A stretch of 64,000 nt of DNA from Puniceicoccales bacterium. GTDB lineage: Bacteria > Verrucomicrobiota > Verrucomicrobiia > Opitutales > JAIRLM01. The first letter of the stretch is position 1, and each line of letters starts with the position of its first letter. The notes below the pieces were generated by a model. That model was not told the origin of the DNA. It ran no database searches and saw only the letters and a list, made by a program, of their open reading frames with translations. The stretch covers positions 1,587 through 65,586 of the forward strand of contig JAITCU010000022.1 of NCBI GenBank assembly GCA_031282835.1, written 5' to 3'. The position numbers were made by a program, and so were the translations under genes. This document shows, piece by piece, positions 1 to 8,624 of the stretch.

Positions 1-1468
1 ATATGGCCCCGGCGATGAGGTTGCCAAAGATCAGCGGAACGGTTATTCTACAGTAGGTGTTGAACGGTTTACTTCCCAGGCCTGCGGCGGCCTCCTCATA
101 AGTTACGCTAGTTTGTTGCAGCCCAGCCACAGCAGCGCGAACCATGAAAGGCAATTTGCGAATGCCATAAGCGACGGTCAGGAGTAGCGTTGGATTTTCG
201 ATGGGATTCAACCGGGCTAAAGGTTGGCCCCGCTGGCTAATGACCAAATAGCCAAAGGCAATAATGATCCCCGGGACGGCCAGAGGAAGCATAGAAAGGG
301 TATCCAATAAACTTCTCCCAGGAAACTTACTGCGGGCAATAACCAGGGCCAGGAGCATGCCGAAAATGACGGCACCTATGGTAGCCATACCCGCGTAGGT
401 AAGACTATTTTTAATGGCAGAAACCGCCAGAGGGTGGCCAAGGGCCGCGGAAAAATTTTTCAGGGTTAGGGCTGTTGGGAAAAGGGATCCAAACCAATCT
501 TTTGTGAAGGAGAGGATAATGACGACCACATGTGGTAGCACGGAGAGTGTGACCACAATAGCAAAAAAGGTGGAACAGAAAATCTTCCGCCCTACGCCCA
601 GCGTTCGAAAAGTGCTTCCATGCGTAGCCTTTGCGAGCATGGGCGTACCTTCCTGGCCCCAAACCTTCTTCCCCAATAAATAGGATGCCGCTGATAGGAG
701 AAGTACCACCGAAGCTAGGGCATAGGGAAATGGATTACTGCCCAATTCCTTCAACATACCGAAAATCTGTGCTGGCAGGACGCGATCATAGTTGAAGACC
801 AGCGGCGTGCCCAACTCCGTGAAGGACCAGATGAAAACGATAGTCAGCCCAGCGAAGACACCAGACTGGGTCAACGGCAGGGTAATTTTGAAAAACCGCC
901 TTACGCCCGTACAGCCCAGGCTTGCGGCCGCTTCCTCCATGGACGGGTCCACATTGGCCAACGCCGCAGAAATATTAAGAAAAAGTATGGGATAAAGGTT
1001 TAGCGCCTCGAAGAAAACGATACTGCCGAATTTGTATTTTCCCAACCAATCAATGGCGGAACCGTTTTCAAGCAGGCCGAACTTAATTAGAAGGGCGTTG
1101 AGTATTCCGTGCAGCCCAAAAATTTTCGTAATTCCGATGGCGCCGACAAACGGTGGCAGGATCATTGGGACGAGAACCAGCGCAGTAAGAGTTTTTTTCA
1201 GGGGGAATTCATAGCGGCAGGAAAAAAAGGATAACGGCAACGCCAGCGCCAACGCGCTAATGGTTGTGAGGAAGGCGATGGCCAAGGAGTTGAGCAAAGA
1301 TTGCAGGTAAATGGGATTGATAAACGCCTCCCGGAAATAGGTGCCCGTAAAACTGCCATCACCATTGGAAAACCCCCCTTTCACCGTAGCGAAAAGGGGA
1401 TAGATGAAAAAACACCCAAATACGGCCATGGATATGGCAAAGACCACGGCGGCCCAACGGTTCGTCAT
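1..1468 (-). CDS. ABC transporter permease with two fused permease domains (FbpB/ThiP-like); C-terminus lies off-window
   Basis: Missing from the ORF track because it runs off the left edge. Manual minus-strand translation from ATG at 1468 gives MTNRWAAVVFAISMAVFGCFFIYPLF... and stays open to position 1. Two EAA-loop motifs are in frame (PSMEEAAASLGCTGVRRFFKITLPL and TYEEAAAGLGSKPF). Confidence 0.75.
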   Translation of the reverse strand, partial: MTNRWAAVVFAISMAVFGCFFIYPLFATVKGGFSNGDGSFTGTYFREAFINPIYLQSLLNSLAIAFLTTISALALALPLSFFSCRYEFPLKKTLTALVLVPMILPPFVGAIGITKIFGLHGILNALLIKFGLLENGSAIDWLGKYKFGSIVFFEALNLYPILFLNISAALANVDPSMEEAAASLGCTGVRRFFKITLPLTQSGVFAGLTIVFIWSFTELGTPLVFNYDRVLPAQIFGMLKELGSNPFPYALASVVLLLSAASYLLGKKVWGQEGTPMLAKATHGSTFRTLGVGRKIFCSTFFAIVVTLSVLPHVVVIILSFTKDWFGSLFPTALTLKNFSAALGHPLAVSAIKNSLTYAGMATIGAVIFGMLLALVIARSKFPGRSLLDTLSMLPLAVPGIIIAFGYLVISQRGQPLARLNPIENPTLLLTVAYGIRKLPFMVRAAVAGLQQTSVTYEEAAAGLGSKPFNTYCRITVPLIFGNLIAGAI

Positions 1469-1587
1469 AGCGCTTGGAAACAGATGACAAGAATTTTTCC
1501 GTTTTTACAAGGCTTTTGGGGCAGGTAATTTTCATCTGGCACTATTCCCTTGACGAAACATGGCGTTTTTCAGGTGATTCCCACGCT

Positions 1588-1675
1588 GGAGAGGTGACAG
1601 AGTGGCCGATCGTGCGGCACTGGAAATGCCGTGTACCGCAAGGTACCATGGGTTCGAATCCCATCCTCTCCGCCA
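1588..1675 (+). tRNA. tRNA-Ser (anticodon GGA)
   Basis: GGAGAGGTGACAGAGTGG...GGGTTCGAATCCCATCCTCTCCGCCA. It has a 7-bp acceptor stem, anticodon stem CGGCA/TGCCG with loop CTGGAAA, a long variable arm, a canonical T-loop and an encoded CCA. Confidence 0.9.
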
Positions 1676-1680
1676 TGGGA

Positions 1681-2832
1681 TTATCGATAAAGATTAGTCA
1701 CGCCTTCGCCAAGGGTATCATCGACAGAAATTTGACCATTCAGGAGCAACTGACGTGCGGAACCGGCAAAGGTTGCCATACGCTGGTCATTGATGTGGTC
1801 CCGCAGCCGTTCCGCTTGCATATTACCCAGGGTCAGGGGTGCCCATTCGTACTGTGCTGTCCGACCATCATAACCCGTTTGGTGACACTTTTCGCATCCG
1901 ACGGACTGAAAAACGCGGGCAGTTTTATTCAATGCGAGCCGCTTGGCCATCGCCGGGGACAGACGACATTCGCGCCGACAGTGAGGGCATAGGCAGCGGA
2001 CAAGCCGTTGGGCCAGAATTCCGCGTAAGGTGATCCCGATGAGGTATTTTGAAATTTCAAGATTTTCCAGTCGATCGACCGCGCCAGCAACACCATCGGC
2101 ATGGAGCGTGCTAAAGACAAAATGTCCCGTCAGTGCCGCTTGGATGGCGATGGCCGCCGTTTCTGGATCCCGGATTTCACCGATAAACAGTACATTGGGT
2201 GCCTGGCGGAGAATGGCTCGCAGGGCACTGGCAAAGGAAAGGCCCTGATTAGCCGCGACGTTGACCTGGCAAATCCCCTTTGCCGCGTATTCCACCGGGT
2301 CTTCCACGGTGATGATCTTTCGCGAGCCATCATTCAACATTTGCAGCAAAGTATAAATGGTGGTTGATTTGCCGCATCCCGTCGGGCCGACAACTAGAAA
2401 TAATCCGCTGCGTTCCCCAATAGTTCGGTGAATAGACTGGCAAATGGCATCATCTGCGAATCCCAAGTTGCATAAATTTGGTTGTGTTCCAAGCAGCTTC
2501 AAAATGCGCAAAACCGCCCCTTCGCCATACAAAAACGGGATGATTGAGATGCGGATATCATAGGTGGTCTGGTCGTCAAACTGAAATAGCCATTTGCCTT
2601 CCATTGGTCGCCGATGCTCATCCAATGGGAGTAGGGAAACAATTTTCAACCGAGATAGCATAGGTGGAAGCAGTTCCTGGGCAAATGTGCGTATAACAAC
2701 CAACTTACCGTCCACGCGAAAACGTACGCGCCAAGTTTTTTCCTGGGGCTCCAGATGCACATCCGACGCCCCCCGCTCGATCGCGGCTCGCACCAAGTCG
2801 CTGAGTAGCTGGGCAATCGGAGAGTCGTCCAC
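1681..2832 (-). CDS. GspE/PilB-family type II/IV secretion ATPase, short form lacking the N1 domain
   Basis: ORF 1681..2931 has Walker A GPTGCGKSTT, the GASDVHLEP motif and a C-terminal tetracysteine (CPHC...CEKC). I set the start at GTG 2832 (VDDSPIAQLL), 14 nt after the plsY stop. The maximal ORF start at 2931 would overlap plsY by 86 nt. Confidence 0.75.
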   Translation of the reverse strand: MDDSPIAQLLSDLVRAAIERGASDVHLEPQEKTWRVRFRVDGKLVVIRTFAQELLPPMLSRLKIVSLLPLDEHRRPMEGKWLFQFDDQTTYDIRISIIPFLYGEGAVLRILKLLGTQPNLCNLGFADDAICQSIHRTIGERSGLFLVVGPTGCGKSTTIYTLLQMLNDGSRKIITVEDPVEYAAKGICQVNVAANQGLSFASALRAILRQAPNVLFIGEIRDPETAAIAIQAALTGHFVFSTLHADGVAGAVDRLENLEISKYLIGITLRGILAQRLVRCLCPHCRRECRLSPAMAKRLALNKTARVFQSVGCEKCHQTGYDGRTAQYEWAPLTLGNMQAERLRDHINDQRMATFAGSARQLLLNGQISVDDTLGEGVTNLYR

Positions 2833-2845
2833 AAATCTGTGCTGA

Positions 2846-3487
2846 TTATGGACGATTTTCCGGGCGAGTAAAGCGGTATTCGGTCCCTGCCAGCAAACGG
2901 CGGATATTCGGGATATGACGTACGATGGCAAAAGTGCTCAAAAGAAGGACGGCCATATTTGTATATTGGTCATAACCAAAGAGATAAGAGCAGAGTGGGA
3001 GTATGGCACAGAAGCAAACGGAGGCCAAAGAGACATAACGGGTAACCCAAAATACGACACTCCAAGTCAGCAACCCGACGGACAAAACATTGGCCATGGC
3101 TGCCCCCATTCCTCCTATGAGCACGGCAATTCCTTTACCACCGCGAAATTTAATAAAAGCGGAAAAATTATGCCCCAGAAATGCGCCTATAAGTCCAGCA
3201 ATCACAGCTAATTGGGGATTTTCTGGAGCTAAATAAATTGCCCCACGGACCGCTAGGAAACCCTTCAGCACATCGCAAAGGAAGACAATCCTCCCCGCCC
3301 TTCTTCCCACAACGCGCCGCACATTGGTTGCACCTGGATTACAACTCCCACTAGCCAATATGTCCGCGCCGTAGCATCTGGAAATTATGACCGCAGATGG
3401 GATGGCTCCAAGGAAGTAGCCAAGTAAAATGTCTAACGAAAAATTCCAGTAATCCATTTCCTCCATAATCTGCCGCGAATGCCGCAA
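2846..3487 (-). CDS. plsY: Glycerol-3-phosphate acyltransferase PlsY
   Basis: GSCNPGATNVRRVVGRRAG matches the PlsY GSGNxGATN signature, and the protein is polytopic. The true start may be ATG 3466 or 3457. Confidence 0.85.
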   Translation of the reverse strand: MRHSRQIMEEMDYWNFSLDILLGYFLGAIPSAVIISRCYGADILASGSCNPGATNVRRVVGRRAGRIVFLCDVLKGFLAVRGAIYLAPENPQLAVIAGLIGAFLGHNFSAFIKFRGGKGIAVLIGGMGAAMANVLSVGLLTWSVVFWVTRYVSLASVCFCAILPLCSYLFGYDQYTNMAVLLLSTFAIVRHIPNIRRLLAGTEYRFTRPENRP

Positions 3488-3511
3488 CGATCAACCACAA
3501 ATGGACGGGCC

Positions 3512-4378
3512 CTAAGCCAACGGCTGTTGTTTTGGTTGTTGCGGAAGGCTTACGGTATGCTCAATTCGTGACGCAACAAAGAGGAGTATGGCCCCGATGA
3601 GAATCAATCCGATTGTGATGCAAAGGAGCGTGATGAGAAGCGGCGGACAGGCGAAGGTGAGGACTCCGGCAGCCACAGACGCACTAATAATCTGTGCAAC
3701 CAGTGCACTGCCAATGGCGCCAGAAGCAGTGAAAAAAAAGGCAGAAAATTTTTCTAGAAATCTCTGAAGAATAGGTTTAAAGGTCTCATTTCCTAATTTA
3801 ATTTTTCCCATGGGGGTGTAGATTTCAAAATCCTTTGCCGTATATCCTTCTTTGCGCATAAATTTTAAGAGTGGTTTAGCATGTTCTCCGCTGGCAATTG
3901 CCCCGTAAAAGATTCCACTTACGGGAAATGTTATGGCATCAATTTGAATGGAATTTTCATTACCGTTCAATGCTGTTTGCAATTCATCCATGGTAAGATC
4001 GCGCATCATTCCATCTCTACAGGTAAGAAAGCGCGTTCGCGCAAAATCAGAGAGCGACATTTTTTTTGCGATTTCATCTGGGATGTTGAATACGTTAGTG
4101 AATATGTGCTGTAAATCAGCGCAAGCTACTGCATTCTTGTCGGCCACGGAAGATGGATCAATCTTAAACACCCGTGCATCATTTCCTTTTAGCCGTTCAG
4201 CAGCATCAATTCTTGCATTATAAATGTTAATTTCTGTGTCGCTTTTTATGAAATAAAGAAGTGTCGTTTCGCTTATGTACACCCCTGCCGATGCCTCTTT
4301 CCGATTTTCGTTAATTTTGGCTAAAGTAACTTGAGGAATTATAACCTGCGTGTGGTGCGACACCGGCTGAAAACTCAT
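3512..4378 (-). CDS. Hypothetical membrane protein with a soluble N-terminal domain and a C-terminal bilobed hydrophobic domain
   Basis: 288-aa ORF. Two adjacent hydrophobic segments (FFFTASGAIGSALVAQIISASVAAGVLTFA / CPPLLITLLCITIGLILIGAILLFVA) are followed by a Q/P-rich tail. I recognise no family. The gene is AT-richer than its neighbours. Confidence 0.6.
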   Translation of the reverse strand: MSFQPVSHHTQVIIPQVTLAKINENRKEASAGVYISETTLLYFIKSDTEINIYNARIDAAERLKGNDARVFKIDPSSVADKNAVACADLQHIFTNVFNIPDEIAKKMSLSDFARTRFLTCRDGMMRDLTMDELQTALNGNENSIQIDAITFPVSGIFYGAIASGEHAKPLLKFMRKEGYTAKDFEIYTPMGKIKLGNETFKPILQRFLEKFSAFFFTASGAIGSALVAQIISASVAAGVLTFACPPLLITLLCITIGLILIGAILLFVASRIEHTVSLPQQPKQQPLA

Positions 4379-4568
4379 ACTGGCGTTATTTTACGTTTTC
4401 ATGGCGCATGTTGCAAGATTTTTAAGCGTGTCTTGCGAAATTATGTTAGAGAGTGTCGTCAAATAAGTCCTTAACGCCCCAACCTTTGCAGCGTTAGCAG
4501 TGGAGTATGGCAGACAAAGGCTTACATCGGCATGATATTTTAGATGCGGCTTAGGAAAAATTAGAACC

Positions 4569-4669
4569 ATGCGAATTGCAAAACTCTGAATTATAAAACC
4601 AGTGGCCGTGGCTAGTTGTCCAGAATAGTATTCAGCAAACTAGCCATAAAGTCTCTGTACATAGCAATT
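4569..4669 (+). repeat. ~100-bp dispersed repeat module (R100), copy A
   Basis: ATGCGAATTGCAAAACTCTGAATTATAAAACCAGTGGCCGTGGCTAGTTGT...CTAGCCATAAAGTCTCTGTACATAGCAATT aligns at roughly 85% by eye with 8062-8162. More diverged copies are at 18944-19043 and 62050-61965. Confidence 0.8.
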
Positions 4670-4761
4670 TCCAGCTATTGCAAGGAAAATTCGCTTATTT
4701 TTTGGCAAAAAACTGGGCGGCCGCCGCAGTTACCACTTGCGGCTGTTCTGACCGTATTCAT

Positions 4762-4822
4762 CCAATTCACTTTGAGTCGCAGAAAGGATTTCAAGTCCTT
4801 TCTGCGACTCAAAGTGAATTGG
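4762..4822. repeat. Perfect 61-bp palindrome (27-nt arms, 7-nt spacer)
   Basis: CCAATTCACTTTGAGTCGCAGAAAGGA-tttcaag-TCCTTTCTGCGACTCAAAGTGAATTGG. The track ORFs on both strands translate it as mirror images. Confidence 0.95.
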
Positions 4823-4996
4823 ACGAAAGCGTGGCTAAGAAGATTTATTGACAGCGTTTTGCCGATAATCACATAAGTTGGCTGCGATTTCGGGCTTAAA
4901 ATTCATCTAGAATGACTATGCGGTATTAATTGTTCGCGCCAAGCATATTACGCTGCATTTCTCTTGACTTTTATCCTCGTTTAGTAGCATGGAGAT

Positions 4997-6250
4997 ATGG
5001 ATAATGCAGAATTAAATCAACCACATGAACCCCTACTTGCGCATTGGAGGAATCCTGCGAAAACCGATTCCGTCGCCCGCGAGGTTTGGAATGTATTTCA
5101 ATCAACTGTAACAATGCTGGAGTTAATAGCAACTCGCGTGGTCGGAAAAGGTTCAAGGGGGGACGGGGTGGTAACACATCCCGCAGCAATGCTCCTTGCC
5201 ACGCCCGCAGGCAGGGAAATGCTAATAGAATATATACGCCTGTGTTCTAACCAGTTGCAAATTATCTGCGCTGAATTCCGTTCGATTGCCCAACCGCTAA
5301 GAACTTTCAATTTCGTAGTGTCTGAAACCTTGCCCATCCCAGGCGACTTGGAGCAAAATGAGTTGCAGCTAAAGCTTCCCGAGCAGTGTGCCGTCGAAAA
5401 TCGCGCGGAAACGCAAAGAAAGCTGAACGAATTTGCGGCACTTCTGCGCCAACGGGGATTTGTTGCGTATAAAGACAGCCATATCCTTCTCAACCCCCGA
5501 ACTCATTTCGCCGTTGCAATGATCTATGACAAGGACACAGAAAAAATCTGTTTGCACATTCGTGACACAGCCAGTGACGGTTTCTGGGAGCGCGGGTCCT
5601 GGGTTAATTGGGTGGCGGATCTCCAACAGGGCGTTGGATTGGTGCCTGAGGTTTATGCCCTGGGCGACATGTTTGTCCGCGGCTGTGTTGAAATTTTTGG
5701 CCCGGAAAATTTACAACTCTCCGGTTACTCCATGGGCGGTGGTATCGGCATTTTTGCAGGAGCACGCAATTTTGTCCCAGCTGTGGTTTTCAATCCGGCA
5801 TTTCTTTCTCCGCATCACGTACGATTTTTACCGGATGGATGGCGCGATTTTGCCAAGGAACACATACAGGTACTCAGCGTATCCAACGACGTGCTTTCAC
5901 GGCAGTTGGATAACCCAGAAACGGGCGGTATTTTTCCAACGGAGCTCTTCGAAGGTGCGCAGGTCTATGTTACAGATCCTGCAGATGAAGCAAGGGGCCT
6001 AGCTAGTGAATTGCGCAATTCCATCCACGGGCACTATCTTTCGGTGTTGCTTTTTGGTTTACTGCGCACGGCGATGCAAGATCCGGAACTTTGTAAATAC
6101 GCATGGCAGACACTTATAGAACTACCGCAGGAGGTACAAGCGGCATTCGTTCGGCAAAATGCGCCGCTGTTTACCCAACTTTTACAAGCGTTGATGCTTC
6201 CGGTATTGGCCACTCAAAACCCATTGATGTCATTGGCCCAATTCGCGTAG
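4997..6250 (+). CDS. Hypothetical protein with an alpha/beta-hydrolase-type nucleophile elbow (putative lipase/esterase)
   Basis: 417-aa ORF with GGAG 3 nt upstream of the ATG. A GxSxG motif occurs in LSGYSMGGGIGIFAG. I recognise no other family signature. Confidence 0.6.
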   Translation: MDNAELNQPHEPLLAHWRNPAKTDSVAREVWNVFQSTVTMLELIATRVVGKGSRGDGVVTHPAAMLLATPAGREMLIEYIRLCSNQLQIICAEFRSIAQPLRTFNFVVSETLPIPGDLEQNELQLKLPEQCAVENRAETQRKLNEFAALLRQRGFVAYKDSHILLNPRTHFAVAMIYDKDTEKICLHIRDTASDGFWERGSWVNWVADLQQGVGLVPEVYALGDMFVRGCVEIFGPENLQLSGYSMGGGIGIFAGARNFVPAVVFNPAFLSPHHVRFLPDGWRDFAKEHIQVLSVSNDVLSRQLDNPETGGIFPTELFEGAQVYVTDPADEARGLASELRNSIHGHYLSVLLFGLLRTAMQDPELCKYAWQTLIELPQEVQAAFVRQNAPLFTQLLQALMLPVLATQNPLMSLAQFA

Positions 6251-6324
6251 GAAGAACCCATGAATCCTGTGATCGGGATTTTTCATTGACGAATTTTTCC
6301 TTCGCCGAAGCAATCTGGAACGAT

Positions 6325-7623
6325 ATGGCAATGGAAGATTTGGAATCACTCAAGGGGACCTCGAAGGTCCGCCGCGTGGCCTGGGGAGCGTGGATCTGTG
6401 CGGCGGTTTTTTATCTTTATGAGTACTTCGTCCGAGTAATCCCTAGCGCGATGGGAAATGACCTGCACGCAGCTTTTAACGCCAACGCGGCAACCATTGG
6501 TTTTGCTTGCGGGCTTTACTACATCGTCTACGGCCCCCTGCAGCTCATCGTTGGGTCATTCTATGACCGATTTGGCGCGCGTAGGCTTCTGATTGGCTCC
6601 ATCACCCTCGTCCTTTCTGGGTGCTTCTTGGCCGCATGTCCATTCCCTAATATTCGCCTTTTCGCCATGGGTCGCCTTCTGATGGGCGTCGGCTCGGCGT
6701 TTGCTTTCATTGGGACAATTTACGTTGCCACCGTTTGGTTTCCGTCCACGAAGCTGGCATTTCTTTCTGGATTGACCACGGCCCTTGGCATGTTGGGTGC
6801 CTTGCTGGCCCAGGCGCCCATTGCCCGCATGGTACAGCTTATCAATTGGCGTAACACCTGGCTCCTAGCTGGGCTTTTGGGTTTTGGATGCCTTTTCCTT
6901 ATTCTTCGGCGGCTGCCAACGACGCCGGAGTGGGAGATGCGCCGCCACGACACTTACTTTGATTCCAACAGGCACGCGCTTTCACAATTCATTGCTGGGT
7001 TTTTACTAGTTGCTAAAAACCCGCAGACTTGGATTATCGGCAGCATTGCCTGTGTGCTCTTCATGCCACTCGTCGTTTTTGCCGACTTTTGGGGAATTCA
7101 GTACATCGAACTGGTTGTCGGAGCAACCAAATCTCAGGCAGCGCTCGCCAACGGCATGCTTTACATGGGCTGGCTTCTGGGAAGCCCAGTCCTTGGGGCC
7201 CTATCCGACTACTTGAGCCATCGGCGGAATTTCCTTTCCTACAGTTGCCTATTTTCCACGCTGCTTTTGTTGATGTTGTTACTTCCCTCCCATCTGTCGC
7301 TTGTGGGTGCCGGTGTAATTCTTTTCTTGCTTGGCATCGCCTCGAGCCCTGAGGTCATTTGTTTCATTGCAAACGTGGAATTGAATCCGCCTTTCCTGAA
7401 GGCCACGTCTGTGGCCATGGTCAATACCATCGTCATGCTCTTCGGTGGGTTGATGCAGCCTCTTTGCGGGTTACTCATCGATTTTCGCTGTCGGACAATT
7501 CCTGTGGTATCTGGTGAGTACACGGCTGGGCACTATCGTTTCGCCCTGTTGATGCTACCCATTGCTACTTCCATAGGACTCATGCTTTCTTTTTTCATGA
7601 AAGAATCTACCGAGGACTTTTAA
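6325..7623 (+). CDS. MFS transporter
   Basis: About 12 predicted TM segments and the MFS loop motif GSFYDRFGARRLL. I moved the start to ATG 6325 (MAMEDLESLK) because the track start at 6103 overlaps the preceding gene. Confidence 0.8.
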   Translation: MAMEDLESLKGTSKVRRVAWGAWICAAVFYLYEYFVRVIPSAMGNDLHAAFNANAATIGFACGLYYIVYGPLQLIVGSFYDRFGARRLLIGSITLVLSGCFLAACPFPNIRLFAMGRLLMGVGSAFAFIGTIYVATVWFPSTKLAFLSGLTTALGMLGALLAQAPIARMVQLINWRNTWLLAGLLGFGCLFLILRRLPTTPEWEMRRHDTYFDSNRHALSQFIAGFLLVAKNPQTWIIGSIACVLFMPLVVFADFWGIQYIELVVGATKSQAALANGMLYMGWLLGSPVLGALSDYLSHRRNFLSYSCLFSTLLLLMLLLPSHLSLVGAGVILFLLGIASSPEVICFIANVELNPPFLKATSVAMVNTIVMLFGGLMQPLCGLLIDFRCRTIPVVSGEYTAGHYRFALLMLPIATSIGLMLSFFMKESTEDF

Positions 7624-7629
7624 GCGTCA

Positions 7630-8061
7630 GCCCCGTCTATCCTTCGAAGATGTGATGATGCACCCAGCAAAATCCTTGAAGAGGCGACTTCGTGGTTGCC
7701 GAATGTTTTTATAAACTGCGATGTTCGTAGAATCGATGATAAATTCGCCATGTTTCTCGATTGAATTTAGGAAGTTTTTATCAACGACCTTCCCTGGCAT
7801 GTGATAAAGCTTTGAAAACTAAGAGTAAGAGGGCGTTTGGGGAAATATGGCCGTAACCAAATTCCCATGGCGCCATTGTAAAAGCTTTTAAAGCGTTTTA
7901 AACCAGACAATTGAAAAAATGAATAGATTGTCCACACTTCAGATAAATGAAGTCCGCATGCTGGACCTGCATCATGGGAAAAATCCCAGCAATTCTTCTT
8001 GCGGGCACCATCCACCGCGATAAATAGACAATAGGTAAATGCGTGGAACACAAAGATGCCT
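7630..8061 (-). pseudogene. IS982-family transposase, N-terminal ~150 codons, truncated and frameshifted
   Basis: LSEVWTIYSFFQLSGLKRFKSFY and FPKRPLTLSF lie in ORF 7767..8051. After a stop/frameshift, GEFIIDSTNIAVYKNIRQPRSRLFKDFAG follows at 7640-7760. These match the IS982 motifs LSxSEIxTIxxxFHxSGxRxFKxFY and IDSTxLxVCxNxRI. Confidence 0.7.
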
Positions 8062-8162
8062 ATGCGAGTTGCAAAACTCTAAATTATAGAATCAATGGCC
8101 GTGGCTAGTTGTATAGAATGGCATTCCGCAAACTAACCATAAAGTCTCTATACATAGCAATT
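8062..8162 (+). repeat. R100 repeat module, copy B
   Basis: Aligns with 4569-4669. It is wedged between the two IS982 fragments. Confidence 0.8.
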
Positions 8163-8606
8163 GCCACCTTTTTCCCGAATTTGCCAAATGGGCCTATTCC
8201 TCCACCCGCTGCGTCTTCGGCTTCAAGCTTCACTTGGCGATCGATGAACGCGGAAAAATCGTCGTATTTCGCCTGCCGGACAGGCAGTAGGCACGACGTC
8301 AAGGAAGCGGAAAATTTGCTCCGAGGTTGCATCGGGACTGCGATTGGGGACAAAGGTTACTGCTCAAGCCAAGTTAGGGAACGCCTCGAACGAGCTGGGT
8401 TACGATTTGTTACACCCGCGCGCACGAACATGAAAAACAGGAACACGGAAGAGGAAAAAGGCCTTCTTCGGAAGAGAAATTTAGTGGAACGTGTCATCGG
8501 AAAATTAAAGCGATTTGTCGGAGACAATTTTTCACGCTTTCGCACCTGGGCCGCTGCCAAAGCGGTAATCGGGGTAGCTATGGTGGCCATAAACCTGGGT
8601 TTTTAG
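8162..8606 (+). pseudogene. IS982-family transposase, C-terminal ~150 codons, frameshifted
   Basis: One frame reads CHLFPEFAKWAYSSTRCVFGFKLHLAIDERGKIVVFRL up to a stop at 8288. The frame of track ORF 8109..8606 then reads GSRHDVKEAENLL..IGDKGYCS..LLRKRNLVERVIGKLKRF..FSRFRT. These correspond to the IS982 motifs GFKLHL, GNVDDR, DKGYIS and LRKRxxIE. Confidence 0.75.
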
Positions 8607-8624
8607 ACTTTTTCCATCGGGGTA

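Larger units (their letters stand above)
7630..8624. mobile_element. Decayed IS982-family element(s): two transposase fragments in inverted orientation flanking repeat R100-B
   Basis: See the two pseudogene entries. The right terminus GACTTTTTCCATCGGGGTA (8606-8624) starts at the last base of the transposase stop codon (TAG 8604-8606). Confidence 0.7.

Noticed and set aside
4620-4669. Antisense strand of R100 encoding a conserved protein C-terminus (IAMYRDFMASLLNTILDN* in copy A, AIAMYRDFMVSLRNAILYN* in copy B, MAIRKASMANSCDTIARN* in copy D)
   Set aside because: Only about 18 codons are shared, upstream frames are broken by stops in every copy, and no start or SD is evident. Conservation is explained equally well at the nucleotide level.
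6103-6324. Track start of the MFS transporter ORF at 6103
   Set aside because: It overlaps the preceding gene by 148 nt, and the extra 74 residues are not membrane-protein-like. ATG 6325 precedes the first TM segment.
8093-8116. ACTAGCCACGGCCATTG (reverse complement) as the left inverted repeat of the IS
   Set aside because: It matches the right-end sequence at only about half the positions. The transposase fragment appears 5'-truncated at 8061, and the same sequence is part of R100 at loci without any transposase.
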